From Eledone cirrhosa (Eukaryota): a DNA stretch of 64,000 nt. This document shows positions 1-13,764 of the stretch, piece by piece (positions within the stretch are counted from its first letter, which is position 1; each line of letters opens with the position of its first letter). The stretch is taken from positions 31,310,001 to 31,374,000 of the forward strand of contig OZ024755.1 of the NCBI GenBank assembly GCA_964016885.1, given 5' to 3'. The notes beneath the pieces are model-generated. The model was not told where the DNA came from, did not search any database, and saw nothing but the letters and a program-made list of their open reading frames with translations. Made by a program: the position numbers and the translations under genes.

Positions 1-134
1 AGTGATGGTAATATATACAAGTTTCTATTGCATGTAGTGATGGTAATATATACAAGTTTCTATTGTCTATAGTGATGGTAATATATACAAGTTTCTATTG
101 TCTATAGTGATGGTAATATATACAAGTTTCTATT
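1..134. repeat. 35-bp tandem repeat running into the splice acceptor of the first visible exon
   Basis: AGTGATGGTAATATATACAAGTTTCTATTG(C/T)... starts at 1, 36, 71 and 106. The last copy ends in ttttcag, the acceptor at 138-139. Confidence 0.9.
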
Positions 135-139
135 TTCAG

Positions 140-278
140 GAAATTGCCAATAACTCAAATTCTGAAGCTGTGCTACAACTTGTTAACTTAATAGCTGGCC
201 GATATATCTTCACTCTTCAAATCTTTGACAGTGATGGTCTGACCAGTTCTGATTCAGCTTCCATTATTGTCAAACCAG
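140..278 (+). CDS. KIAA0319L: KIAA0319-like (AAVR) internal exon, C-terminal part of the last PKD/Ig-like domain
   Basis: ttttcag|GAA...CCA G|gtaaaa. Translates EIANNSNSEAVLQLVNLIAGRYIFTLQIFDSDGLTSSDSASIIVKP, a PKD-type L.G.Y.F.L.V.D..G.S motif. Phase 0 to 1. The gene begins upstream of the window. Confidence 0.88.
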
Positions 279-1039
279 GTAAAAACAGAAGCTGGGCTTA
301 TTTTCTCCAGAAACCAGTGAGGGTTTTTCTCAAATTTTATTTTACTATAATTTTTTGTGTTTTTGGGTGGTGATGGTGGATGGTGCTTGCGTTTGCAAAA
401 GTAATAAACTATATCCTTCATCATCATCATCATCTTGTCTATTTTCCATGCTAGCATGGGTTGAGCAGGTCACCATAGTCTGGAACCAAACTAGTTGAAG
501 AACTATGTTTCCATATTTGATACTGTAGTGACCTACATTCTGAGGACTCTTGAATACATTCTCCATACGTTGTTTGGCTTAGTTCAGCCAATCGCTACCA
601 GCGTAAGGAAATGTATTCAACTTCCGGCGAAAGGGAAAAATTCCCACTTCTCTTCGAAAATCTCTCTCTTTTTGCATCTCGGCACTGGAAGGTAAACAAC
701 TCTTGATTTTGCTCCTCAAATATTCCAAAATGTAACTACTGGAATTCTTCGCGCCGTCGCCTCTAACTTCAGCCATAGGTCTGCATATTCTTTTACAGCA
801 TTTTATGACATGTCTTCACAGCTAACTCAACTTCCCATCTTTGTAAATAAATTATATATAAAAAAACGTTGTAATGCCTTATAATGATATTTTCCACAAC
901 ATTCCTTTTAACTGCTTCAACGGTGACTTCTCTGATACAATACACAAACAAATATTAACATTCATAACACAACATATATCCATATATCTCTCAACCAAAT
1001 AACTTCTTCTAAAATACAATTTCCTGAGGCCAACTACTT

Positions 1040-1400
1040 TATAGAATGTATTTTATTGTGGCACTAACAGTTTACAGAGTGTACTGGGTGTATTTTATTG
1101 TGGCACCAACACTAACAGTTTACAGAGTGTACTGGGTGTATTTTATTGTGGCACCAACACTAACACTTTACAGTGTGTACTGGGTGTATTTTATTGTGGC
1201 ACCAACACCAACACTTTACAGAGTGCACTGGGTGTATTTTATTGTGGCACCAACACTAACACTTTACAGTGTGCACTGGGTGTATTTTATTGTGGCACCA
1301 ACACTAACACTTTGCAGAGTTTACTGGGTGTATTTTAATGTGGCACCAACACTAACACTTTACAGAGTGTACTGGGTGTATTTTGTGACAGCAACACTAA
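1040..1400 (+). repeat. 48-bp minisatellite (retroposon-derived family)
   Basis: About 7 copies of ACTTTACAGAGTGTACTGGGTGTATTTTATTGTGGCACCAACACTAAC. Confidence 0.9.
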
Positions 1401-1689
1401 AGGGGTTGTCAGGTACTCAACAGGTTCAAATCATCCTCTCTATTCTGTCTTGATCTCTTCAGTACTGAGTGTATTCCATTTTGACACTAAAACTAGAGGG
1501 ATTGTCTTCTTCCCTGTTGGCTAAAAGGGGCTTCTCTAGTCTAGTCTGTGTCCAATATCTCTCCATATGTATTATACTGTATATATATTGCACTGTTTAG
1601 TCGCAGGAGAAGAGCAGCAACCTCTACAATTATTAATTGAGGGCTTTTTCTTTAGTGATTACAACCACATATTCAGACAACTATATATA

Positions 1690-3425
1690 TATCAGCATCA
1701 TCATCATTTTATGTCTGCTTTTCCCTGCTTGCAAGAGTAGGGGAGGAACTCTTCAGCACAGCATCTCCCATTCATCACGGTCCTTCGTCATCTCCTCTGT
1801 GAGTTTCAGCATTCTGAGGTCTGCTCTCACTACCACTGCCCATGTTTTTTTCAGTCTTCCTTCCACTGAGATTACTTGGCACTTCTTCACCCAGCAGTCA
1901 TTTTCCATGTGCATCACGTCGATACCAACGCAGTCTTCCCTCCTGCACACTACAATTTATCCCTCTTATACACAGTCTCACTCTCAACTCATCTATGCTT
2001 GGTTGTTCAGACACATTGACATCCAACGGAGCATGCTTGCTTCATTTCTCTTCAGCCGTCACATACCCTCCACAGTTGCTACCCATATCTAACTGCCATG
2101 CAGCATTGTACATCTCACACAGGCATCATATAACTGACCTTTCGTTCGTAAAGAGAAACCCTTCATTGTCAACAAAGGAAGCAGTTACCTAAACTTCTTC
2201 CATCCTCTCCTTATTCCAGGCACAATGATCTCTGAGCACCCTCCACCCTTGCTAATCTGATCACCTAGGTACCGGAAGCTATCAACCACCTCTATAGATC
2301 CTACCTGCATTTGGAAAATATGCCTATCACTGACACTTCTATCAACTTTTCCTGTACATCTACTGCATATGAAGTTTTCCTTTCCTGTTAGTTTGCCTGT
2401 TATCCCACTATATCTCTTGTATACACAAGATCTGCATTGTGTACATTCTATAGAGTTTATGCCAGTTCCTTTTCTACATATTGAACATGTCCATTTCCCT
2501 GATGGAATCAGAGTTTTGTCTTCTTTCCTACTTATCAACACTTTAGTTTTTGCTAAGTTCACTCTGTGAAGTACCAGATCGTCAGCATAGAGAAGCTCCT
2601 ATGGGCAGCCAGTCTTAAACTGTTATGGCTTGGAGGACTATAATGAATAAGAACGGGCTGAGGACTGAATCCTGATGAACTTCTACTTGTATCTGAAATT
2701 CCTCACTAAACTCCATTGCTACTCTCACTTTACTGACAGCACCCCTGTACATAGCTTGCACTGTCCTCACAAGCCATTCCTCTACACCTAGTTTCCTTAC
2801 AGACCACCAGATGACAGATCGGAGTACCCTATCAAAGGGCTTCTCTAGGTCAATAAAAGCTAAATATAGTGGCTTATTCTTCTCTAAGAACCGCTCTTGT
2901 AGTTGTTTCACTAAGAAGAGGGCATCTGTTGTACTTTTCCCAGACACAAAAACCAAATTGCATCTCATCTAATTTGACCCTTTCTATAATTAGTTGTGCT
3001 AGCATTCTTTCTGTTTTAGGTCCCTATAATTGCTCCTCTCCAGAGCATCCCCTTTACCATTGTAGCAATTAACAAAAATACTGCTGCACCAGTCTTTGGG
3101 TATGACACCACCATATATAGCTTGATTGACTATGTGTGTAACTAGTTTAGTTCCTACTTCTGATGCCTTCAACATCTCAGCAACTATCCCTGATGGTCCA
3201 GCGGCCTTACCATTTTTAATTTCTTTAATTGCTTCTTTGACCCTATAATTGACAGTCTCAATAGCTGGTCCCTCTGTTGGGTCTACTAGTTTCTCTCTCT
3301 CCCATTCATTCCCAGCATTCATCAGTAATGACATTTCCAGGCCTCCTTTTTCTGAGCATCAGTGATGCTAAATGCACCAGCATCATTTTGAACACACTTA
3401 TCTCAAACAACATCCTGATTTACAT
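1690..3425 (-). mobile_element. 5'-truncated, degenerate RTE-clade LINE
   Basis: Minus-strand RT fragments ([46 protein letters not shown]) with internal deletions. (CAT)n tail near 1700. Same family as 36722-38598. Confidence 0.9.
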
Positions 3426-3621
3426 ATATGTGTATGTTTACATATATGTGTACATATATGTGGTGTTGGGGGTTCAGTGAATGACTCTATGCACAGGCAG
3501 TTTGTATATGATATAATGTGCTGGTACACACTCACACACACACAGTGAGTGCTGGGTGCTTTTTTGCCGTGGCACCTATACGACCACTTTGCAGTGGAAT
3601 GGTAGGGACCCCAACCGTATC

Positions 3622-3763
3622 ATCTCATTTCTACAGCTGAGTAAACTGGAGCAATGTGAAATAAAGTGTCTTGCTCAAGGAAACAACACATCACCTGGTC
3701 TGAGAATTGAACTCACAACCTTTCGATTGCAAGCCCAATGCTCTAACCACTAAGCCATGCGCC

Positions 3764-3768
<5 letters not shown>
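3622..3768 (-). mobile_element. tRNA-derived SINE 5' part (family B, CORE-like)
   Basis: Reverse complement reads GAAGGCGCATGGCTTAGTGGTTAGAG (A box)...GAGTTCAATTC (B box)...TTGAGCAAGACACTTTATTTC. A second copy lies at 9188-9310 (+). Confidence 0.75.
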
Positions 3769-3823
<55 letters not shown>

Positions 3824-3846
3824 TATACACATATATACATACACAT

Positions 3847-3897
<51 letters not shown>

Positions 3898-4079
3898 CAT
3901 ACATATATACACATATATATACATATATATATATACACATATACACATACATACATATACACACATATATGTACATATACACACACAAATACACACACAT
4001 ACACACATATATACATATACATACACACATACACATACATATACACATATATATACACACACATCTACACACATACACG

Positions 4080-4147
<68 letters not shown>

Positions 4148-4195
4148 TATATACACATACATACACATATATATATACATATATATATATATATA
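3768..4195. repeat. (TA)n/(CA)n compound microsatellite
   Basis: Direct inspection. Confidence 0.95.
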
Positions 4196-4614
4196 AGACA
4201 ATGTCACTGGACCGTGACCTTTGGCGGTACTCAGTAACAGAGAAGACCCGCCTTGCCAGTAGGCATCTCTAACAAACTACACCCCGTCCCGCCACCACCC
4301 ACACCCCATCCACACCACCCCGTTCTATGTAAAGTTATGTTGGTGCCGCGCCATCCAGGCCGAAACAAATGAGATCGTGTAGGTGTCACGACAAAAAAAC
4401 ACACAGTCCACGCTGTAATGTGGCCGTGTAGGCAACACGGTAAAAACCTCCCAGACCCACACTGTAAATGTGGTTGGTGTTAGGAAGGGCATCCAACTGT
4501 AGAAAACCTGCCAGACAGTCCTATGCGAGCAAGACAATCACTCTTGCCTCAAGTGGGACTACCCCCGTCCAAACCCATGCAAGCGTGGAACACGGACGTT
4601 AAACGTTGATGATG

Positions 4615-4616
<2 letters not shown>
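4196..4616 (+). mobile_element. 3' end of an RTE LINE (last ORF codons, 3' UTR, ATG-repeat tail)
   Basis: [20 protein letters not shown] followed by a UTR that is the near-identical reverse complement of 6890-7340 and 16777-17020. Ends GGACGTTAAACGTTGATGATGAT. Confidence 0.85.
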
Positions 4617-4661
<45 letters not shown>

Positions 4662-4674
4662 TACACATACATAT

Positions 4675-4724
<50 letters not shown>

Positions 4725-5316
4725 GTATGTGTGTTTTTTTGTTTTTTATGTGTGTTTTTTGTTTTTCTGTTTTTTTGTTTTTTTGTTTTTTTGTGAATGT
4801 GTCTGTTGATTTTGGCATATTGTTGATTAGTTTAAGAGAAGTTCGAAGATAATAGTAAGATATGCACTTAGTATTTTGAATCTGTCTGCAGAATTCTCTA
4901 GACCTTTGTCACTTAGTAGAACCTTAATGACTTTAGCTTTTAAAGAATCTCCCTTTTCTTTAATTCTATCGAGCATGACTGACCCCCCACTGATTTTATA
5001 GACATCTGTTAACTTATTGACAAGGAATGGTATGCCATCCGGAACCTATTTATAGAATTCTGTCTGCCTTTGTTACTCTAAAAACATAAATAAATATAAA
5101 TATAAATAAAAATAAAAATTAACTATAGCTTTGTAGAATTAGCTTTTAATGAATTCCCTTTTCTATCAACCAATGACCTGCACCCATCCCACTCCCCACC
5201 CTCTCCTACCACTTGTAGAGACCTATAAATACCATATTTATTTTTTGATACCCAGATTCCTGATGATTTCTAATGAATGAAACAGTTCTAGTCCTGTAGA
5301 ATCTCATCTATATTAA

Positions 5317-5429
<113 letters not shown>

Positions 5430-5540
5430 TAAACCCATGCTAGCATGGAAGATAGACGTTAAATGACAATTATGATGATGATGATGATGACACCTTTTCA
5501 TCTCTCATACCACAACAAAAATATTTTGTTTGTCACATTG

Positions 5541-5630
5541 CCAGTCTGAGGAGCAGATCGATAGTGGAGTCGGGTCCATAACTCCTATGGGTGACCTTGA
5601 GCCAATCCTCTGTGAAACACGTGTAACAGA
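5541..5630 (+). ncRNA. Type-I hammerhead ribozyme motif in a Penelope-like terminal repeat
   Basis: CTGAGGA (5546-5552), stem II GCAGA...TCTGT, GAAA (5614), palindromic CACGTG, then TA. Stem I is weak. AATAAA follows. A core-deleted paralog lies at 46560-46690. Confidence 0.6.
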
Positions 5631-5820
5631 TCGATACCCAATAAATATCTTTTATATGTAAACAAAAAAACTTCCTCTTTTCTTAATATTATATATATAT
5701 ATGTATTTGGCAGAGATGTTATGGTAACATCAGTGTCATGCTACTCCAGAGGTTCACCTATATGTTTACAGGGTCATCAGATGTCTGTTGTATATAGAGT
5801 TGTTACTTGTATTTTCCCAG

Positions 5821-5891
5821 ATCCCAGCGAAATAGACAGAATGGTTCTTGAACTGGACACAGACATCGAACATTTCACAGAGAAAAGTCTG
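5821..5891 (+). CDS. KIAA0319L: KIAA0319-like exon
   Basis: ttttcccag|AT CCC...CTG|gtaagt. Translates DPSEIDRMVLELDTDIEHFTEKSL, comparable to the vertebrate DP...LVEIILD..SQLTE segment. Phase 1 to 0. Confidence 0.85.
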
Positions 5892-5979
5892 GTAAGTTTC
5901 TAACTTATCTAACAATTACCAAATCCTTCTACAGCAATGACATAATGTTTGTGCATTACAATTATAACTGTATGCGAGC

Positions 5980-8392
5980 AACTATATCTACACTATATTC
6001 TATATTATATGTATATACTAATACTATATCTACACTATATTCTATATTATATGTATATACTATATCTAGACTATATTCTATATTATATGTATATACTATA
6101 TCTACACTATATTCTATATTATATGTATATACTATATCTACACTATATTCTATATTATATGTATATACTATATCTACACTATATTCTATATTATATGTAT
6201 ATACTATATCTACACTATATTCTATATTATATGTATATACTACATCTAGACTATATTCTATATTATATGTATATACTACATCTAGACTATATTCTATATT
6301 ATATGTATATACTATATCTACACTATATTCTATATTATATGTATATACTATATCTACACTATATTCTATATTATATGTATATACTATATTATACTATATT
6401 CTATATTATATGTATATACTACATCTAGACTATATTCTATATTATATGTATATACTATATCTACACTATATTCTATATTATATGTATATACTACATCTAG
6501 ACTATATTCTATATTATATGTATATACTACATCTAGACTATATTCTATATTATATGTATATACTACATCTACACTATATTCTATATTATATGTATATACT
6601 ATATCTACACTATATTCTATATTATATGTATATACTATATCTACACTATATGCTATATTATATGTATATACTATATCTACACTATATTCTATATTATATG
6701 TATATACTATATCTACACTATATTCTATATTATATGTATATACTATATCTACACTATATGCTATATTATATGTATATACTACATCTAGACTATATTCTAT
6801 ATTATATGTATATACTACATCCAGACTATATTCTATATTATATGTATATACTATATCTACACTATATTCTATATTATATGTATATACTATCATTATCATC
6901 ATCATCAACGTTTACCGTCCGTGTTCCACGCTTGCATGGGTTTGGACGGGGGTAGTCCCACTTGAGGCAAGAGTGATTGTCTTGCTCACATAGGACTGTC
7001 TGGCAGGTTTGCTACAGTTGGATGCCCTTCCTAACACCAACCACATTTACAGTGTGGGACTGGGAGGTTTTTACCGTGTTGCCTACACGGCCACATTACA
7101 GCGTGGACTGTGTGTTTTTTTGTCGTGACACCTACACGATCTCATTTGTTTCGGCCTGGATGGTGTGGCACCAACATAACTTTACATAGGTGGGGGTGGT
7201 GTGGATGGGGTGGGGGTGGTGGGACGGGGGTGTATTTTGTTAGAGATGCCTACTGGCTGTAGTAGGTTTTACTATGTATTTAGGTAAGGCGGGTCTTCTC
7301 TATTAGTGAGTACTGCCAAAGGTCTCGGTCCAGTGACATTGTCTTGGAGAGGTGTAAGTGTGTGAGGTCGGAGTTTATCAGCTCGTCCCAGGTTTTTCTA
7401 GGTCTGCCTATTCCGTGGCTACCGTCTATCTTTATTGCCCTGCACTTTGTTATACTGCTATCGACTTTCATGCACATCACGTGTCCATACCAACGTAGCC
7501 TTCTCTCGAGTAAACAACATCTGATCCCTCTTATTTCTAATTTTTTCCTTAGTTCGTTAATGCTTTGCCGTTCACGTATATTACTATTACACATCCAGCG
7601 GAGCATGCAAGCTTCGTTCCTCTCTAGTCTGCGTATATCCTCTGCACACAATGCCCAGGTCTCACTGCCATGCAACATTGCTGTTCGTATGCAGGTATCA
7701 TACAACCTGCCTTTCATTTTTAGGGAGAACCCTATACTACATCTAGACTATATTCTATATTATATGTATATACTATATCTACACTATATTCTATATTATA
7801 TGTATATACTATATCTACACTATATTCTATATTATATGTATATACTATATCTACACTATATTCTATATTATATGTATATACTATATCTACACTATATTCT
7901 ATATTATATGTATATACTATATCTACACTATATTCTATATTATATGTATATACTATATCTACACTATATTCTATATTATATGTATATACTATATCTACAC
8001 TATATTCTATATTATATGTATATACTATATCTACACTATATTCTATATTATATGTATATACTATATCTACACTATATTCTATATTATATGTATATACTAT
8101 ATCTACACTATATTCTCTATTATATGTATATACTATATCTACACTATATTCTATATTACATGTATATACTACATCTAGACTATATTCTATATTATATGTA
8201 TATACTATATCTACACTATATTCTATATTATATGTATATACTATATCTACACTATATTCTCTATTATATGTATATACTATATCTACACTATATTCTATAT
8301 TACATGTATATACTACATCTAGACTATATTCTATATTACATGTATATACTATATCTACACTATATTATATGTATATACTATATCTACACTAT
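5980..8392. repeat. 36-bp AT-rich minisatellite interrupted by an RTE insertion
   Basis: Unit TATATCTACACTATATTCTATATTATATGTATATAC on both sides of 6890-7732. Confidence 0.95.
6890..7732 (-). mobile_element. 5'-truncated RTE LINE (RT C-terminus and 3' UTR)
   Basis: ORF 7280-7717 KGRLYDTCIRTAMLHGSETW...RRLRWYGHVM...GRPRKTW. (CAT)n tail at 6890. Confidence 0.92.
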
Positions 8393-8639
8393 AAAAAAGA
8401 AGAACAAGTCAACATCCTTGGATACCATCAGGGTTGCAGGTGTTATATCAGAGTTTTCCTTCTCCTAGAATTCTGCCTTGACAAAGGCTAAGGGGTCATC
8501 TCTCCCGGTGATTTTGGATGGCCATTGACCCTTAAGAGCTCCTTTGCCCTTTTGTTTTTAGTCCTGCAGGATGTCCAAAGTCACCCTCCTCACCAAGAAA
8601 CCTTGGTGGGGTTGCCAGTTTAGTCGCCAACGACCTGAC

Positions 8640-9180
8640 CATGACACATATATATATATATATATGGTACTATATACATATGATGATGATATATACATAT
8701 ATGTATATAGTACCATATATATATATGGTACTATATACATGATATATATATATGGTACTATATACATATGATGATATATACATATATGTATATAGTACCA
8801 TATATATATAGGGTACTATATACATGATATATATATATATGGTACTATATACATGATATATATATATATATGGTACTATATACATGATATATATATATAT
8901 GGTACTATATACATGATATATATATATATATGGTACTATATACATGATATATATATATATATGGTACTATATACATGATATATATATATATGGTACTATA
9001 TACATATGATGATATATACATATATGTATATAGTACCATATATATATATGGTACTATATACATGATATATATATATATATGGTACTATATACATGATATA
9101 TATATATATGGTACTATATACATATGATGATATATACATATATGTATATAGTACCATATATATATATATATCATATGTTT
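8640..9180. repeat. TA-based minisatellite containing internal fold-back (palindromic) units
   Basis: GGTACTATATACATGA(TA)n units, interspersed with inverted ...ATATGTATATAGTACC units. Confidence 0.85.
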
Positions 9181-9551
9181 ATAGTAGTGAAGGCACATGG
9201 TTTAGTGGTTAGAGAGTTGTGATTACTAGAGTGAGAGGGGTGTTGTACCCTTCAGCAAGACACTTTATTTTATGTGACTCCAGTTCACTCAGCTGGAAAA
9301 AATGAGTTGAAACGTAACTGATGCCAAGCTCTATCAACTTTTGCTTTTCTCTTGGACATCATACATAGTGTGTATATAGTGTATATATCATGTTTATATA
9401 GTGTATATATAGTGTACATATTGTGTTTATATAGTGTGTATATAATGTATATATAATGTATATATAGTGTATATATCATGTTTATATAGTGTATATATAA
9501 TGTATATAGTCTATATATTGTGTATATATATGTATATAGTGTATATATAAT

Positions 9552-9737
9552 TGTTTCTACATTTGGCACAAGGCCAGCAATTACCCAGTGCATTACTGGT
9601 ACTTTATTTTATTGACCCCGTAAGGATGAAAGGCAAAGTTAACCTCGGCGGGATTTGAACTGAATCCGTAAAGGGACGTAACTGTGCTCCAAAGCATGGC
9701 GTCCGACCCTCTACCGATACTGCCAATTCACCACCAC
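9552..9737 (-). mobile_element. Full-length tRNA-derived SINE (family A) with 15-bp TSD
   Basis: Minus strand GGTGGTGAATTGGCAGTATCGG...GTTCAAATCCC...GCCTTTCATCCTTACGGGGTCAATAAA. TSD TAGTGTATATATAAT at 9537-9551 and 9738-9752. Confidence 0.88.
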
Positions 9738-9763
9738 TAGTGTATATATAATGTGTATATAAT

Positions 9764-9882
9764 TGTTTCTACTTTTGGCACAAGGCCAGCAATTATCCCA
9801 GTACATTACTGGTACTTTATTTTATCGACCCCGTAAGGATGAAAGGCAAAGTAAACCTCGGCGGGAATTGAACTCAGATCGT
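9764..9882 (-). mobile_element. 5'-truncated SINE (family A) with 14-bp TSD
   Basis: Same body as 9552-9737. TSD AATGTGTATATAAT at 9750-9763 and 9883-9896. Confidence 0.85.
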
Positions 9883-10304
9883 AATGTGTATATAATGTGT
9901 ATATATCATGTTTCTAAAGTGTATATATAATGTGTATATAGTGTACATATAATGTCTATATAATATATATATAATGTGTATATAGTGTATATGGTGTGTA
10001 TATAATGTATATATATAATGTATATATAAAGTGCATATAATGTATATATAATGTGCATATAATGTATATATTAGTAGCAACATCACTGCTGCCAAGCTGT
10101 ATTGACAACTTGGACAACACTGATGACCCAGACTGGTGTGGCTGACTGCTGGTCACCTTCTCCAGTCTAATGTCTCTGGAACTTTCTAGGCGCATAACCC
10201 ATGGTCATTTGAGACTAACGTTTCACCTTCACCCTTTATCATTGTTTTACATGTTTTCAATGCTGGCATGGTTTCTAAAGATGAATGCCCTTCCTAACAG
10301 TAAC

Positions 10305-11320
10305 CATTTTATAGAGTGTAGTGGGTGTATTTTATCATGACCCCAGCACTACCACTTTACAGAGTGTACTGGGTGTATTTTATCATGGTACCAACACTAC
10401 CACTTTACAGAGTGTACTGGGTGTATTTTATCATGGTACCAACACTACCACTTTACAGAGTGTACTGGGTGTATTTTATCATGACACCAGCACTACCACT
10501 TTACACAGTGTACTGGGTGTATTTTATCATGGTACCAACACTACCACTTTACAGAGTGTACTGGGTGTATTTTATCATGACACCAGCACCACCACTTTAC
10601 AGAGTGTACTGGGTGTATTTTATCATGGCCCCCAACACTACCACTTTACACAGTGTACTGGGTGTATTTTATCATGGCCCCAGCACTACCACTTTACCGA
10701 GTGTACTGGGTGTATTTTATCATGACACCAGCACTACCACTTTACACAGTGTACTGGGTGTATTTTATCATGGCCCCAGCACCACCACTTTACAGAGTGT
10801 ACTGGGTGTATTTTATCATGACACCAACACTACCACTTTACAGAGTGTACTGGGTGTATTTTATCATGGTACCAACACTACCACTTTACAGAGTGTACTG
10901 GGTGTATTTTATCATGACACCAGCACCACCACTTTACAGAGTGTACTGGGTGTATTTTATCATGGCCCCAACACTACCACTTTACACAGTGTACTGGGTG
11001 TATTTTATCATGACACCAGCACTACCACTTTACACAGTGTACTGGGTGTATTTTATCATGACACCAACACTACCACTTTACAGAGTGTACTGGGTGTATT
11101 TTATCATGACACCAACACTACCACTTTACACAGTGTACTGGGTGTATTTTATCATGGTACCAACACTACCACTTTACAGAGTGTACTGGGTGTATTTTAT
11201 CATGACACCAACACTACCACTTTACACAGTGTACTGGGTGTATTTTATCATGACACCAACACTACCACTTTACAGAGTGTACTGGGTGTATTTTATCATG
11301 ACACCAACACTACCACTTTA
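10305..11320 (+). repeat. 48-bp minisatellite, about 21 copies
   Basis: Unit ACTTTACAGAGTGTACTGGGTGTATTTTATCATGACACCAACACTACC, preceded by the retroposon UTR motif ATGCCCTTCCTAAC. Confidence 0.95.
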
Positions 11321-11414
11321 CTCTTGTTAAATTTCAATAACTATATTTAAGTTAGTATCAACCTAAAACCTTCTATATTGTATTGGTGTCCTAATGTTGT
11401 TGTTTTATATTTAG

Positions 11415-11515
11415 AGAAATATTGAAAGCCAACTAGGCCTGCTTTTACACATGACCTCAGAAGAAGATACATACGTACTCAGTGAGAAAGTCTATAAAGA
11501 TTTCAATAGTGGGCA
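11415..11515 (+). CDS. KIAA0319L: KIAA0319-like exon
   Basis: tatttag|AGA AAT...GGG CA|gtaagt. Translates RNIESQLGLLLHMTSEEDTYVLSEKVYKDFNSG (cf. RQIGVLL). Phase 0 to 2. Not in the ORF track. Confidence 0.8.
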
Positions 11516-11995
11516 GTAAGTTTAAAGATTTTTTTAGATTTATCATCATTACCACCACCATCACCACCACCACCATCATGATCATCTGTTTAAATTCGAC
11601 CTCCCAGTGTTGGGAAATGGAATTTAAACTGACAACACAGAACCACACCAGATGCCACAAATAATTCTGTTTGATTCTTTAACAATATTACGAATCCAAT
11701 GACTCAAGATTGCTACTTTATTTATCAACTTCGGTAAGATTTGAATACAGACTACAAAGTGTCAGAAAGAATGTCGAGGTATTTAATTTGATGCTCTAAT
11801 GACTTTGCTAATTCGTCTCCTTCCAATATCTTCCCGAAAACAATTATCATCATCAGGTTGTAATGTTTGGTTAGATGACCATCTCTTGCTCACCTAACCA
11901 CACATTTCACAATGCTTCACAGAAACTATATGACTCCACTGTATACAATGTTTGTTTGAGATCTTTATAGGTGTTTGTCTGTTTTACCACTTTAG

Positions 11996-12141
11996 CCTAA
12001 AGATAGAATTTTATGCTGTATCTGTTACCAAAGAAACAAAGGTGGTGAAGAAAGGAATTGATGTATTTCACTGGTTAAAACCACGACTGTCTTCGCAAAC
12101 GAATATCTTTGAATATTCCATCGTTGATATCAACACTTTCG
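11996..12141 (+). CDS. KIAA0319L: KIAA0319-like exon
   Basis: cactttag|C CTA AAG...TTC G|gtttgt. Translates (H)LKIEFYAVSVTKETKVVKKGIDVFHWLKPRLSSQTNIFEYSIVDINTF. Phase 2 to 1 fits both neighbours. Confidence 0.82.
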
Positions 12142-12644
12142 GTTTGTATATATTTATTGTTTCTGCTTTATTTCCTGATTTCCTGACCCCTACAATTTGT
12201 AAAAATTCAAAAGCAACATCAATTGTCAACTTCTCTTTCCTTGAATTATGTTCTCTCAGTCTTGTCCTCAGTAACCCTTTGTATTTTAGTGACTTTATTA
12301 CCTTACTTGGGGTTATATTCTCTCTGTCTTGTCCTTATCCCTTTTTGGGTAACTGGAGCACTTGTTTTATAACTTCTTTGATACAGGCTGACTAAAACAA
12401 AACTAGTTCCATTCACATTTTGTGTCACTCTATATTCATTTTCTAACTGATTGGCCTTAAATTTTAGAACATTGCAGATACAACATCTGAGAAGACAAGA
12501 CCCAATGGGACTTCCAGCACATGGAATTTCTGTGTGAAACACTACTATAAGTGTGACTCGTACAAGCAGGTCCATTTTTTTAACAGATAAATCTCCCTTC
12601 AAAGATAATATACAAAACTGGGTGAAAATATTCGAGACCTTCAA

Positions 12645-13200
12645 ATACAGTGGAGAACCTCAATACAATGTCTGAAGACTGTCTTACCCACTCTGTGTGA
12701 CCCAGGAAGTGTACACAGGACATCAATTAACATAGTTCGAGTGTCTGTTGAACAGAGCTTAAAACAATCGCTGCACAGAAGCCAATGCTTGGGTCTCCAC
12801 AGAAACTCCACAGCATATGGACTGAAAAATAATTTTGGAAATCGTGTAATTAATTTGAAGACTGATTTTGAGTGGACTCCAAACAGCCATGATTTAAGCC
12901 CACCAGATTTCTTTTTTGGTGGGGCTATCTAAAGGATAAGGTATATGTCACCAAACCTAGGACTATCACTGAACTAAAGGAAAGTATCAGGGCGGAGATG
13001 AGAGCAATGTCTGTAACAGACTATGCTAAACTTCACCATAGAATGCAAAAAATGCATAGATTCAAATGTGGATCACTTGGAAGATGTGTTGTAACTCTGG
13101 ACAGAAACATCAGAAGATAGTGAATTGTTGATATGTTGTTTTTAATGATTCAAACTAAATATATTGTGAGTTTCATCAGTTTGTGTCAAAAAATGAATAA
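12645..13200 (+). mobile_element. Degenerate Tc1/mariner-superfamily transposase relic
   Basis: WTPNSHDLSPPDFFF(W)GYLKDKVYVTKPRTITELKESI, matching the WP..SPDL.P.DFF.WGYLK motif, frameshifted. Boundaries are approximate. Confidence 0.75.
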
Positions 13201-13764
13201 TGTAGACAAAAATAAAATGGGACTGCTGTGGGGCTTCTTCAGCCAACAAGAGAGTATCTATACAGTGACTTTACTTGCTACAAATAACAGCTAATTTTCT
13301 CTCATATCCTATCATTTTAAATATTAAATAATATAGTTCTTCATATAATCTCTGGTAGTTGTGCCATGTAAGTTGCACCCCGTGCACTCTGTAAAGTGGA
13401 AGGACATCCAACTGTAGAAACTATACAAAATAATGTGTTGAGAGGACTACTGTTCAGTTATTCCAAGAACAATAAAAATACTTTTGTGCTGGCACCACCA
13501 CATTAAATCACACCCAGTACACTCTGTAAAGTAGTTGGCAAAATGGAACATATTTGTGTGTGATATTGTTCCTATGAAGACAATAACTTCAATTAAGAAC
13601 TGACTTAGCAGAAGAAACTAACTTTTCGAGCACACACAGACCAAGATAAATCATGTCAGCTTACCGCACATACCCTACGACATTGTCATAGTCTTTCCAT
13701 TCCATCTGTATTATATATGATGGTGTCTTATAAAAACAATGTTGTGTTTGTTTCTATCTTACAG

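Noticed and set aside
535-640. Possible hammerhead (CTGAGGA, TTGAATACATT/AATGTATTCAA stem, later GAAA)
   Set aside because: GAAA does not directly follow stem II, and no stem III or stem I is identifiable. At best a broken relic.
3691-4272. YI/HT-repeat ORFs (also at 36147-36927 and 32883-33395)
   Set aside because: Dinucleotide and trinucleotide microsatellites.
9552-9737. tRNA genes suggested by A/B boxes
   Set aside because: No cloverleaf is evident. The boxes are followed by a SINE body and flanked by TSDs.
5945-11350. Tyr/Ile-rich and VYWVYF-repeat ORFs
   Set aside because: They are in-frame readings of the 36-bp and 48-bp minisatellites.
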